Assembly (NCBI GenBank): GCA_965203295.1 | Contig: CBDBCZ010000019.1 | Coordinates: 1,312,001-1,376,000, forward strand | Source of the DNA: Nitrospirales bacterium | Lineage (GTDB): Bacteria; Nitrospirota; Nitrospiria; Nitrospirales; UBA8639 | Length of the DNA: 64,000 nt | Direction: 5' to 3' | Part shown: positions 32,476 through 42,217 of the stretch, piece by piece | Numbering within the stretch: the stretch's first letter is position 1 | Layout: each line of letters begins with the position of its first letter | The notes under the pieces: model-generated | The model's input: the letters and a program-made list of their open reading frames with translations, nothing else | Database searches by the model: none | Told to the model about the DNA's origin: nothing | Made by a program: the position numbers and the translations under genes

Positions 32476-33255
32476 TCAGGGTGTTTGTATACTCTCCACG
32501 TTAGTCTCTGAAGAGCGCGCCGAGAGCATGTCCGCCATAATACCATCTTCCTCTCCCACGGGCTCTTCCTGCTTCGCACGAAGTTGGCTGCCCTCTAAGC
32601 AGGCGTCCGCGATCTGAGCTGTGAAAAGTTTTATCGATCGAATTGCGTCATCATTGCCTGGAATGGGGTAATCAATTCCCTGGGGGTCGCAATTGGTATC
32701 GACGATGGCCACTACAGGGATTCCGAGGCGATTGGCTTCTTTAACCGTGATATGTTGGATTCGGGTATCCAGCACAAAGACACAGCCAGGAAGACTGTCC
32801 ATACCTTTGATCCCACTTAAATATTTATCCAACTTTTCGCAGTCTTTCTCCATTAGCAGAACTTCTTTTTTCTTTAGCCGTTCATGGGTGCCATCCGTTC
32901 GAGCAGCCTCTAATTTTTTTAAACGCCCGATGCTCTTTTGAATGGTGAGGAAGTTGGTCAACATGCCGCCCAACCACCGTTGAGTCACGTAAAACATACC
33001 GCAGCGATTGGATTCCTCTTCTACGATTCCAACGGCTTGGCGTTTGGTTCCTACAAATAGGACAGACTCTCCCGAAGCGACGGTATCTCGTACAAATGCG
33101 TAGGCAGTTTGGAATAGCTTGTGTGTTTGTTGAAGGTCGATGATATAAATGCCGTTTTTTTCACCAAAAATAAAAGGCTTCATTTTGGGGTTCCATCGAT
33201 TCGTTTGATGACCAAAATGAACGCCTGCCTCAAGCATGTCCTTTATGGTGAGCAT
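32476..33255 (-). CDS. rpsB: 30S ribosomal protein S2
   Basis: [31 protein letters not shown]. Confidence 0.99.
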   Translation of the reverse strand: MLTIKDMLEAGVHFGHQTNRWNPKMKPFIFGEKNGIYIIDLQQTHKLFQTAYAFVRDTVASGESVLFVGTKRQAVGIVEEESNRCGMFYVTQRWLGGMLTNFLTIQKSIGRLKKLEAARTDGTHERLKKKEVLLMEKDCEKLDKYLSGIKGMDSLPGCVFVLDTRIQHITVKEANRLGIPVVAIVDTNCDPQGIDYPIPGNDDAIRSIKLFTAQIADACLEGSQLRAKQEEPVGEEDGIMADMLSARSSETNVESIQTP

Positions 33256-33722
33256 GAGATTCCCGCTACCTCCTTTTTCCTGGTCGAACTTGGCCCTTTT
33301 CTGAGCCAGGTGTACCTAAATTGTTATTGATTTATCAGTACTTAAACACTCAACAGTGTGTAGGACTCAGGGCGCGTACAACCCCCTTCCCCTACGAGGT
33401 GCCTTAAACTTTCAAAAGGTAGCATAGCTGGGATTTTTTATGCAAGTTAATTCGTTGATTTATTCATAAGGGGCCGAGTTATTGGTTCAGTCCTAGAACT
33501 CACTAATACTGCGTCGGTTTTGACGTGGGAAAAGCACAAAGGAGGGGATCAATAGACAGTGTCTGGGAAGGGAGTTCTGAGTTTAAGACGGACTATCATT
33601 GGAAAATCGCTGTCATTCGTAGTGGATTTTGACTCATACCTGATGAGCTCAGTAAAGTAGTTGTTTTCCCGGAGAGTTCGTTTGAGCACCTATTAAATAT
33701 TTTTTTGAATGGAGCATCATTT

Positions 33723-35078
33723 ATGGTAGAGGTCCCGATAAAGTTGTATGTTCAGAATTTGGCGCAAAAAGCCAAAGCCAAGGCTCAATCACTCGGTATG
33801 GTTCCAGCCCCGATCAGAAAGAAAGCGCTCTTGGGTATGGCGGACAGTTTGGAGGAACGATGTGAAGAAGTTCTCGAAGCCAATAAATGTGATCTAGAAG
33901 CCATTCCCAAAGATTTGGGTACGACAGCCTACCGAACCGTCCTCGATCGGATTCGAATCTCCCAAGAGACTGTCCAAGATATGGCTCAAGGAATTCTGAT
34001 CGTAGCCGATCAGCCAGATCCCGTAGGTGAAATGACCTCCTGCTGGAATACCATTGACGGAATTCAAATGGCCCGTGTTCGAGTTCCGCTTGGTGTTATC
34101 GGAATTATTTCCGAGATGGGTCCCGAGGTCACAGCTCAATCGATTGCGATTTGCCTGAAAACCGCTAACGTGTGTCTGTGTCGTGGGGGGAAAGATTGGT
34201 TTGAGACCAGCAAGGTCGTGGCGAAGATCCTTCAGGAGTCGGCGGAGAAATTGGGGATTCCTGAAGGGACGATCGTGTTTCTCGATCGGCCTGAACGTGA
34301 GGGAGTTTTAGAATTAGTTCGTCTTCCAAAGTACATTGATGCGGTGATCCCTCATGGAATGGGAGGATTGCGAAGGGCGGTGTTAGAGCAAGCTCGAGTG
34401 CCCGTAATCGGGTATGATGGAGGAGCGTCTCATGTGTATGTTGATGGAGATGCTGACATCCCCCTCGCACAGACCATTGCGGTGAACTCCAAAATTCAGG
34501 ATCCTACAGCGTCCAACGCGGCCGATACCATATTGATTCATCAGAAAGTCGTCCGTCATCTTCTCCCTGGCCTTCTTCGAAGATTTCTTGAGGATTTTAA
34601 GGTCGATGTCTTTGGGTGTCCCAAAACGATTTCCCTGATGGGGATCATGGAGATGACCGGGCATAAAGGAATCACCCCTGCGAAGGAAGAGCATTGGGGG
34701 CAGAAATTTCAGTCTCTGACAGTCGCCATCAAAGTCATGAAGGATATGGAAGAAGCGCTTGAGCATATTGCAGCCTATGGCCCTGGTCATACTGATACGA
34801 TTGTGACGAGGGATTATGATGCGGCAATGAGTTTTGTCCAGCAGGTTAATTCCAGTGCTGTGCTGGTCAATTCCTCAACTCGGGTTCATAGTGGTCCTGA
34901 ATTGGGGCTTGGTCCAGAAATTGGTATGAGCACGATGTCCTTCCATAGACGGGGGCCACTGGTTCTGAACACACTCACCAGTGAAAAGTACGTGGGTTTT
35001 GGTTCTGGACACCTTCGTCAGCCTCATCCGGTTCCTGAGGCTTATGAGGATGCCATGATGATGTCACCTAAATTTTAG
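33723..35078 (+). CDS. gamma-glutamyl phosphate reductase (ProA)-like paralogue, divergent
   Basis: RVRVPLGVIGII, HVYVD, GHTDTIVT, VNSSTR, RGP; catalytic CNA motif reads SNA. Confidence 0.8.
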   Translation: MVEVPIKLYVQNLAQKAKAKAQSLGMVPAPIRKKALLGMADSLEERCEEVLEANKCDLEAIPKDLGTTAYRTVLDRIRISQETVQDMAQGILIVADQPDPVGEMTSCWNTIDGIQMARVRVPLGVIGIISEMGPEVTAQSIAICLKTANVCLCRGGKDWFETSKVVAKILQESAEKLGIPEGTIVFLDRPEREGVLELVRLPKYIDAVIPHGMGGLRRAVLEQARVPVIGYDGGASHVYVDGDADIPLAQTIAVNSKIQDPTASNAADTILIHQKVVRHLLPGLLRRFLEDFKVDVFGCPKTISLMGIMEMTGHKGITPAKEEHWGQKFQSLTVAIKVMKDMEEALEHIAAYGPGHTDTIVTRDYDAAMSFVQQVNSSAVLVNSSTRVHSGPELGLGPEIGMSTMSFHRRGPLVLNTLTSEKYVGFGSGHLRQPHPVPEAYEDAMMMSPKF

Positions 35079-35166
35079 TGCCTGAATGACAGAAAAACCT
35101 GGTATTTGTTGAGGCCGTTTGGAAGTCTAAAGTCCTTGGCTTAGAAAAGCTCCACACTTTATTCTT

Positions 35167-36642
35167 ATGATGGAAGAGAGTCTTCTGGCATCGTATGAAC
35201 AGATCTTTCACCATCATGCCCAACAGTGGGGACTACGTGCTTTCGACCAGGAAGCAGAATATTATCGCTGGCAGCATTCAGCGCTAACCCGTGAACAGCT
35301 TGGTCTTCTTCAAACATTGGCAGAGCGACGGCACGGAAATGCGGATCCTGATGCGGATGTCGCGTTTTATGATTGCGTCGCGGCTTCCGATATTTTTCCT
35401 ATCCTTTACAGCCAGCGGTATGACTACTACCGAGTCGTTGGGTTAGCCGTCGCTTCTCGTCTCCTCCCTAGTTCCACGGTGTTGGATTTTGGCTGTGGGA
35501 TCGGCATTCTCACAACCCTGTATGCGAAGTTGTTCCCCGAAGTAGAGTTTATGGGGGTCGACCGTTCTTCTGTTTCCATTGAAGTCGCTCGTGAACAGGC
35601 CGAGCGGTTTTCCCTCACGAATGCTCAATTTCTCTGTTGGTCTGCCCCTGGACCAACATTGGGAAAATCCTGTGATGTTGTCGTGTCCACTCAAGCGGTT
35701 TTTCAGACTGAAACAAACCCTGGGCTTCCAAGTGAATCCTGGAAAACGTTTGAGCGAGCGTGGGATGATTCGGTGCTTATTGCTGCGGAACAGACGACAG
35801 GGCTGCAAGCGCGTTTAGATTTCCTTCGTCAGTCTTTAGCCCCAAACGGAAAAATGATTCTGTTTGAGAAAGCGCAACACCTTGGCCGTCGGGTTCTTTT
35901 ACAACGGGCTTTATCCAGACGAGAGCTGGCTCCGAATGAATTCCCAACATTCTTGTCATTTGATTCACTTGGTGAGCAGGAATGGGATGGTCCTTTGTAT
36001 GTTGTGAAGTCCCAACAGAGCCCGGGTCTTCAAGAATGGGACGAAGCGCCTGTGATTGTGGATGAACAACGACTCTATGGGTGTTATGGCGAAATTGCAG
36101 ACTGGGTGATGTCACGCTTTCCACAAAAACATGTTGAGCGAAGTTGGAGAGAAGAAAAACCGAAAATTGGTCCTGTGGACATGGAAGTGGGGACCTTTTC
36201 TGAATGTTTTGCCTATGGGTTTTTGATGGCCAATGCTACATTTCGTGGACTCATAGTTGGAGGCTTCCAAGATAGACCCCTCATTGAGCGTTTTTTATAC
36301 AGGCAGGTCCGTCAAGCCGACGATGAAGTAGAAAATGGTCTGACCCTTGAGAACAAATGGTTAGGTACGCCGGATGATGAGCAAGGGCAGAAACCGAGCT
36401 ATGAAAACCATTCTCTTGCCGCGCAGAAGGTGTGGGAAAATTTGCCTCAACGAGATGTGCTTCACTCGCAGACTCTGGAGGAGTCAGGTGGCAGACAGCG
36501 ACATATCGAGTTAGGAAAGTGTGCTGACTTGAGCTACGTGTATTGGGCGAACACCTATGATCAGAGGCAGCTAGTCGTGGTAGAAGATGATCGTTCGGCT
36601 TTTTTGCAGGAATATTATGAGCAATCGGTCAAGGAAGAATGA
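35167..36642 (+). CDS. class I SAM-dependent methyltransferase with C-terminal extension
   Basis: VLDFGCGIG, GVDRS. Confidence 0.8.
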   Translation: MMEESLLASYEQIFHHHAQQWGLRAFDQEAEYYRWQHSALTREQLGLLQTLAERRHGNADPDADVAFYDCVAASDIFPILYSQRYDYYRVVGLAVASRLLPSSTVLDFGCGIGILTTLYAKLFPEVEFMGVDRSSVSIEVAREQAERFSLTNAQFLCWSAPGPTLGKSCDVVVSTQAVFQTETNPGLPSESWKTFERAWDDSVLIAAEQTTGLQARLDFLRQSLAPNGKMILFEKAQHLGRRVLLQRALSRRELAPNEFPTFLSFDSLGEQEWDGPLYVVKSQQSPGLQEWDEAPVIVDEQRLYGCYGEIADWVMSRFPQKHVERSWREEKPKIGPVDMEVGTFSECFAYGFLMANATFRGLIVGGFQDRPLIERFLYRQVRQADDEVENGLTLENKWLGTPDDEQGQKPSYENHSLAAQKVWENLPQRDVLHSQTLEESGGRQRHIELGKCADLSYVYWANTYDQRQLVVVEDDRSAFLQEYYEQSVKEE

Positions 36643-36671
36643 AACATAAACGACGGCGGATTTTTCGTGAC

Positions 36672-36880
36672 AAAAGGTGTCAGGAGCCTTTTCTGCATCT
36701 CGGGGGTCGGGTAGCCCCTGATGAATGCGGGGTCGCCGCTTCCAGGTTTTCCTCTCGGATATGCCGCGATGACTTCCTCTCCTTCGTCGGTGCCATCCCT
36801 GGACGTTCGGGGTGGAGGTCCAGGCCTAATCCCACTATTGACACCTGCTGTGGCGACGCGAAATCGGATTTATCCCACTT
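36672..36880 (-). mobile_element. possible degraded Y1/RAYT transposase C-terminal remnant with palindromic end
   Basis: Palindrome AAAAGG-TGTCAGGAG-CCTTTT at ~36672-36692. Minus strand reads roughly GLGL/TSTPNVQGWHRR across a frameshift, resembling the LGLxSTLxxRGRP tail. Confidence 0.35.
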
Positions 36881-36895
36881 TCTGCCTTCTCGAGT

Positions 36896-37225
36896 TCAGC
36901 GGCCGGCTCGGGCTGCGATGGCAAACACGTAGAAATAGCGATCGAGGCTTGCCAAATCGCCACCATACTCTTTCCCGCCAAGCATTGCATCACATAGCAA
37001 TTCCCGTGCACGAGTCAGTTCTTTCCTTCGACCTGTCCAGCGGGAATCGCCGATCGTGAGATCGAGGAGTTCCACCGCACGTTGAAAGGCATTTTCACAG
37101 AGTTGCGCATCCTTTTCTTGCCATCGACGTACTCGGACGACGTCACTTCCGACATTGGCCAGTTGTTCTGCTAACGGCATCGTCTGCCAGCGTCCCGACG
37201 CCAATCTTGCATGTTGTTGAGACAT
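36896..37225 (-). CDS. hypothetical helical protein, partner of DUF5674-like gene
   Basis: 109 aa, HARLASGRW...EQLANVGS; 6 nt downstream of the DUF5674-like gene. Confidence 0.75.
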   Translation of the reverse strand: MSQQHARLASGRWQTMPLAEQLANVGSDVVRVRRWQEKDAQLCENAFQRAVELLDLTIGDSRWTGRRKELTRARELLCDAMLGGKEYGGDLASLDRYFYVFAIAARAGR

Positions 37226-37231
37226 CCTGCA

Positions 37232-37577
37232 TCACCTCTTTGCCAATTGGTTGACAATCCTTGTGATCGTGTCCCTCAAGTTCTGGCTCTCTATATATCG
37301 TGAACGATTGCTGGCGGAAGGGCGTACGTTGATCATGGAATCAAACTCGATCCATTCTTCGACCGGCTTGTCAGGATAGAGATTTATTCCCCATAGGTGC
37401 CGTTGCTGAGACCCTTGGTCCAAAAGAACCGCTTCCTCATCCGATGAAGCTCCCGCTGATCGCCATGATGTTGCGTTCCACGTCCACGACAGCCTTGACC
37501 ATATCACCGAACTGCTGCTTTGCGATCTCCAGCAGTTCGTCCCGCGAAATCGCATCCCGTATAACTCTGATTTCCAT
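37232..37577 (-). pseudogene. DUF5674-like protein, frameshifted
   Basis: MEIRVIRDAISRDELL...FGDMVKAVVDVER...MAISGELHSDEEAVLLDQGS...LWGINLYP...IEFDSMINVRP; requires restoring two 1-nt deletions near 37441-37455. Confidence 0.7.
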
Positions 37578-38048
37578 GCTGCTCCTCTGCCTATGATAGT
37601 GGCCTCACCGAGGACTCCTGCTCCTTGAGGAAAGCTTGTGAGTTTCGCAGGGTATCCCGATACAGCAAGGTTCTGTCAAGAGGCAGAGCCATGGAAAATT
37701 TGAAGGGAGCAAGGCCTGTCGCGGGACGGGAGATCTACTTTTGCTCGCAACGATAACTTCAAAAAAATATTTCACACTTGCAAAGACTCGCGAGAAATCA
37801 AGCGTGTGAAAGTTTTGCTGTATAAAGAGAAAAGTTGCAATCCGAATCATCTTCAGGTGCAACTATAATATTCCTCGATTCAGGTGACGCTCGACGTGTA
37901 TTCTCATTTGTATGAAAAGCGCAATTGAGAATGGGGGAATCGGTTGGATGAACCTGTGGAGATTTTTGGGGCTGAGCTGGAATCAACAACTTAGACGTAA
38001 CCTGAAGAAACGGGGTTACGCATAGCACTCGTAAGCTCTTGAAAAATC

Positions 38049-38124
38049 TGGTGGCGGTGGAGGGTTTCGAACCCCCGGCCCGCGGCTTATGAGTCCGCTG
38101 CTCTACCACCTGAGCTACACCGCC
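38049..38124 (-). tRNA. tRNA with CAT anticodon, probably elongator tRNA-Met
   Basis: GGCGGTGTAGCTCAGGTGGTAGAGCAGCGGACTCATAAGCCGCGGGCCGGGGGTTCGAAACCCTCCACCGCCACCA; 76-nt cloverleaf with encoded CCA. Confidence 0.95.
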
Positions 38125-38217
38125 ACATGACACGCTTATGATGTATACTCGCTTCCTTGGTGAAGAATCAAATCATCTCTTCAGGAACACATTGGTGGGA
38201 TAGGACCTCAGGTAAGG

Positions 38218-38778
38218 TCACCCAACACCGGGCGCAGTATTTTCATCTCGACTTTCTTTGAGTTCTTCGAGGCGAGCTTCTTCGTCATCCTCTAATTTCG
38301 TTTCTTGTTTGATGTCATGCAGTTCTTGGGGGTTGAGATATTTTACGGCTGTCCCGCACAAGATTTTTTGCCGGATTGTCCCATTTAATTGAATATTGAG
38401 AATAGCATCGACTCCAAGTTTTTTGGCTTTTTCCAGCAACTCAAAGCGTAGTTCATCCCAATTGACCCCTGTCTTCTTCGGATCCTGTTCGGCTTGGATC
38501 TGACATACTTCACGATAGGGCCTATCTGGAAGTTCTTGAAGAATCTCAATTTTTCTATCTGAAAAATGTCCTTCAGATTTTGTCCCATCCTCTGTGTTTA
38601 CAGCCTCCAGTCTTGGAGCGCGTGCAACATCCACATCAAAAGTCTTGATACGTAACGCGGCAAGTGCCGCTTCATGTTCGTTGCTACTTTGGGTGAGTCT
38701 TCGTAATTTTTCGACTCGTTCAAGAGCTTCTTGGAGGCTCATTTTCGCCCCCTTCTTTCGAAGTGCATTGACTGGCAT
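38218..38778 (-). CDS. DUF2786-like N-terminus plus YbjQ-like domain protein
   Basis: ERVEKLRRLTQSSNEHEAALA; LLEKAKKLGVDAILNI...GTAVK. Confidence 0.6.
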   Translation of the reverse strand: MPVNALRKKGAKMSLQEALERVEKLRRLTQSSNEHEAALAALRIKTFDVDVARAPRLEAVNTEDGTKSEGHFSDRKIEILQELPDRPYREVCQIQAEQDPKKTGVNWDELRFELLEKAKKLGVDAILNIQLNGTIRQKILCGTAVKYLNPQELHDIKQETKLEDDEEARLEELKESRDENTAPGVG

Positions 38779-38886
38779 ACGCGAAAACTAAATATACTAT
38801 TGGACTTAGAGTACGAGGGTATTCAGCACCAAACCATACAACGATGAAAAGTTGCGATAAGATTCGAATTGTTGCAGAGTTGGTTC

Positions 38887-40083
38887 TTACGTTCGTCGTT
38901 TGCCATCCTGTTCCCCGATCAAGGCATGGAGAACTCCTACGCCTTGCTCGTTCAGTTCGATAGGTTGCTCTTCGCCCTCTGGAGTGGGGAGGGCATCGGC
39001 TAGGGATTTCGGCGTGGCCAAGCCAATGAGCATTTTTTCAATTTCCTCAGAAGTCGTATCAAGTTCGGCTTGAATGGCCAATAACCGTTGAAGAGCAAAA
39101 ATCGACCTCGCATGACTTCCCCATGCTCCACTATGCTCCGTATCGATTGGTCTCGTGATATCAGCCCAAAACTTTGATTCGGCCTCTTCTGAAAGCGTCC
39201 CGAATGCAAATTCTTTCAGTTTCTCCATGAGCTGTTCTTCGGAATGTTCCAAACCCCCATAGCTGACGATTGAGCGTTCAACCCGTCGACTGTTGAGTAC
39301 GACTAATGTTTCCTTCCATAAGTCAGGAGACTGGGAGGGTGTGGAATCAGGTTCTGACTGAGGAGACGATTGCGTTTCTTGAAGTATGCGTTGTAGTAAG
39401 GTGAGATATTGTTGTAATGCCTTAACTTTACGACTTGCCAGGGAGCCCAGGGGAATCCCCCAAATGTGAGCAATTTCGTGGTCTTGTAATATGGACGCTC
39501 CTGCCAATTGAAAGTCCCGTTTACTGCTCATGAGACGTCGTTTCTGGCGAATGAGCCGTCGATGGAGAGTTTGGTATTCAATCAATAATCGTTCTTTTCT
39601 AAATTCTTCTTCTGTGATGGTTCCTTGATCAAAGGCTTTCTCCAGTTGCCGAATTGCCGGTTTTGGAATGGCGGATGACGCTTGCTTTTGTCGTTCTTGG
39701 AGGATCGAGGAATCAACGTCGCATTTGGAGGTCAACAGCCGTTCTGTGACCGAAATGATCAGCTCAGTTTGCGTGATTTGCTGTTGCAAACATTTAACTT
39801 GGAGCCAAGGTCTTTCCCGTTTTTGCCTGAGATAGCCATGATACTGAGCCATTCGGGCACTAATCTCTTTCGTTCCATCTAAGGGAGAAGCCTTTTCCTT
39901 GGGTTGACGACCGGCTTGAAATCGAGAGTCAGGTTGATCTTGTGCCATGTATTCAATTTCGTCTTGTGTGACCTCGAGGAATTGGAGAAATAAAAAATGA
40001 AGCATCGTTCGACTTTGTATGGAGAGGGAATCAATAGCGGATTCAATTTGTGTCGATGTGAGTATGGGCATGATGTATACCAA
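38887..40083 (-). CDS. conserved hypothetical protein (coiled-coil rich)
   Basis: 398-aa ORF, no recognised motif. Confidence 0.7.
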   Translation of the reverse strand: MVYIMPILTSTQIESAIDSLSIQSRTMLHFLFLQFLEVTQDEIEYMAQDQPDSRFQAGRQPKEKASPLDGTKEISARMAQYHGYLRQKRERPWLQVKCLQQQITQTELIISVTERLLTSKCDVDSSILQERQKQASSAIPKPAIRQLEKAFDQGTITEEEFRKERLLIEYQTLHRRLIRQKRRLMSSKRDFQLAGASILQDHEIAHIWGIPLGSLASRKVKALQQYLTLLQRILQETQSSPQSEPDSTPSQSPDLWKETLVVLNSRRVERSIVSYGGLEHSEEQLMEKLKEFAFGTLSEEAESKFWADITRPIDTEHSGAWGSHARSIFALQRLLAIQAELDTTSEEIEKMLIGLATPKSLADALPTPEGEEQPIELNEQGVGVLHALIGEQDGKRRT

Positions 40084-40102
40084 CCTTTAGGGTGAAATGA
40101 AG

Positions 40103-40324
40103 TTAAGACGATGTGTTGTCCGTGGATTTTTCTTCTTCTAAATGGGTAGCGACGTATTCACGAAGCTCTTGGACCGTCCCTTTGGAATAAAGCTCCCGAG
40201 GAATTTCGACGGTAATGAGTTGAGAAGGGTCAGCCCCCCGTTCAATGGCCCATTCTTCATCAATATACAAGGTCACGCCACCGTCCTTGTGCCGTATAAC
40301 ATAGAGGGTATCTTTTTCTTCCAT
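40103..40324 (-). CDS. small hypothetical protein
   Basis: 73-aa ORF in operon context. Confidence 0.65.
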   Translation of the reverse strand: MEEKDTLYVIRHKDGGVTLYIDEEWAIERGADPSQLITVEIPRELYSKGTVQELREYVATHLEEEKSTDNTSS

Positions 40325-40417
40325 GAATCACTGAATCTTATGTGGAGTGCCTTATTAGCGTAACATAGCGGAATGAAATCTGTCAAAAATCAGGATGTGA
40401 AAAAAATGTCAATCCAC

Positions 40418-41088
40418 TTAAGTCACAGAGTGAACGAAAACACGGCGGCGAAGGAACACGTAGATGGTAAACGCAGCCAGGGTGATGAGGAATACGGTAC
40501 GGATCCTTCCGTATCCAATGCAAGCCAGGTTTACCGTCGCATTTAACAAGCCAAACCCAGCATAGGCCAGGTAGACCAATAGGGATCATCGTCGTAATCG
40601 AAGAAAGCCATATCCGATCGCGATATGGAGGGTTGGAGATTGGATTTTGCTACCCCCCCATAAGGCCTGTGGATTTGGTGCAAAATACGGTCAGCGCATA
40701 GTTGGGGTTAGCCAGAATAATGTACATGTCCGTGAAAGCCGTAAGAAAGAAAAGAGCTCCAAGATAACGGATGTCATGACCCTCGGCCCATACTGTCTTG
40801 AGGGTTTCCCATAAACCTGGAGGCTCTAACAGGGAAACCTCGTAGGCTTGAAGACACCACCAGGGAAGAAGAACCAACATGGCAAACAGAATAACCCACC
40901 CTATACTTAATGAGAGAACCGATGATCCAAGTGATTCCCAATAATATGATTCCGGACGCCATCGTCCTCATGGCGGGCCCAGAATTTTTCCTTAGAAGAT
41001 GACCCAAACCCGGGATCAGTGCCGAAACTAGAATAGGGACCAAGACGTCAGATCGAGGCGGAGCGCTCTGCTTAAACTGGTCTTTCAT
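40418..41088 (-). pseudogene. multi-pass membrane protein with several lesions
   Basis: SALIPGLGH N-terminus; frameshifts near 40905 and 40640-40660; in-frame TGA near 40587 in LRLRR*SLLVYLAYAGFG; ends VFVHSVT*. Confidence 0.65.
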
Positions 41089-41112
41089 GAACTAAATACA
41101 GCTGGATGTATA

Positions 41113-41154
41113 AGAAAAACAGAAATCTCTACATGACGATGGAGAGATTTCTGT
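41113..41154 (-). terminator. intrinsic terminator after chlorite dismutase-like gene
   Basis: 12-bp stem ACAGAAATCTCT/AGAGATTTCTGT plus U-tract on the minus strand. Confidence 0.65.
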
Positions 41155-41214
41155 AGAGAGGGGAGTACGAGAATAAACTAGCGAAATAAGGGAACTAAGG
41201 AGAAAGAGCAGGAG

Positions 41215-41922
41215 TTATCCACCTAAGGTGTCGAGGGTCTCTTTGACACTCTTCATGATACAGGTAAAAATTGGAGTATCCCTTTTGGTATACCGGCTTC
41301 CTTCCGCTTCCCGGAGGTGCATCACTAAATCCAGAAAATCTTGGGGGGAGTCGGTTTCAAAAGCGACAACAAATTCTTGGTCGTCAAGCCCAAAGGAATA
41401 AGTCGTATTGAGCTTGACTGAAGGGTACCGGTGACCGATCTCAATGTGTTCATCCATCATTCCCTGCCTGGCAGCTTTCGTCAGAAGATACCATTCCCGC
41501 GTTTTCTCAAAAGGATAGACGAAGATATATTTACTTTTCCCTGGTACGAGCCTAAGTCGGCGGCTATCCTGCCCTTCATGAACATGTTGATCGACATATA
41601 CGGATCTCTTGGTCATAGACAGGTACGAATAAGGAGTGGTGAGGTATTTTCCTATGCCTGTTTCCAAAATCTTTGACATTTGTTCTTGGAACAATTCCAG
41701 CTCATAGGTGATCCGCCAAAGCATAAAGTCGCAGTCACCACGAATTCCCACAGTGGTGTAGGGAATAACGATGACCTTGCCTGAAAATTCCTCCACAGCT
41801 CGGATAAATTCTTGTTTGCCGGCTTGACGTTCTTCGGGAGGCAGCCTTCGCCACGCAGGATCGATTTTATGGAAACTAAAATTGACAAATTGCCGTTTGG
41901 CAGGGGTCTCTGCACTGGCCAT
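41215..41922 (-). CDS. chlorite dismutase family protein (ChdC/HemQ-like)
   Basis: IDPAWRRLP, YPFEKTREWY, MMDEH, YSFGLDDQEF. Confidence 0.9.
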   Translation of the reverse strand: MASAETPAKRQFVNFSFHKIDPAWRRLPPEERQAGKQEFIRAVEEFSGKVIVIPYTTVGIRGDCDFMLWRITYELELFQEQMSKILETGIGKYLTTPYSYLSMTKRSVYVDQHVHEGQDSRRLRLVPGKSKYIFVYPFEKTREWYLLTKAARQGMMDEHIEIGHRYPSVKLNTTYSFGLDDQEFVVAFETDSPQDFLDLVMHLREAEGSRYTKRDTPIFTCIMKSVKETLDTLGG

Positions 41923-42217
41923 CGAAATGCCTCCTTCAAGAAAACAGAAAAATCAGATTTGCTAAAAAATGAGAAAAAACTCTAATCAATTTTTTCCTGT
42001 TTTGTCAATGATTTAACGCTCTATTTAACCAAATATGATGGGTGATCTCATGCAAGGGATCATGGGTTAATGAGTCAAGGCAAGCGTATATTTAGCTCAT
42101 GATCCTTATTGCATGAGCATGAAGGCTTAGAGTCGTCCAAGACGAATATTTCATGGTTTCCTGCAAGGTGATGGGTTTATTGACAGGGTACAACAGTTTT
42201 GTTATCGGCAAATTGAT

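Noticed and set aside
41215..41922. Functional chlorite dismutase
   Set aside because: Cytoplasmic two-domain form better matches ChdC/HemQ-like members; activity cannot be assigned from sequence alone.
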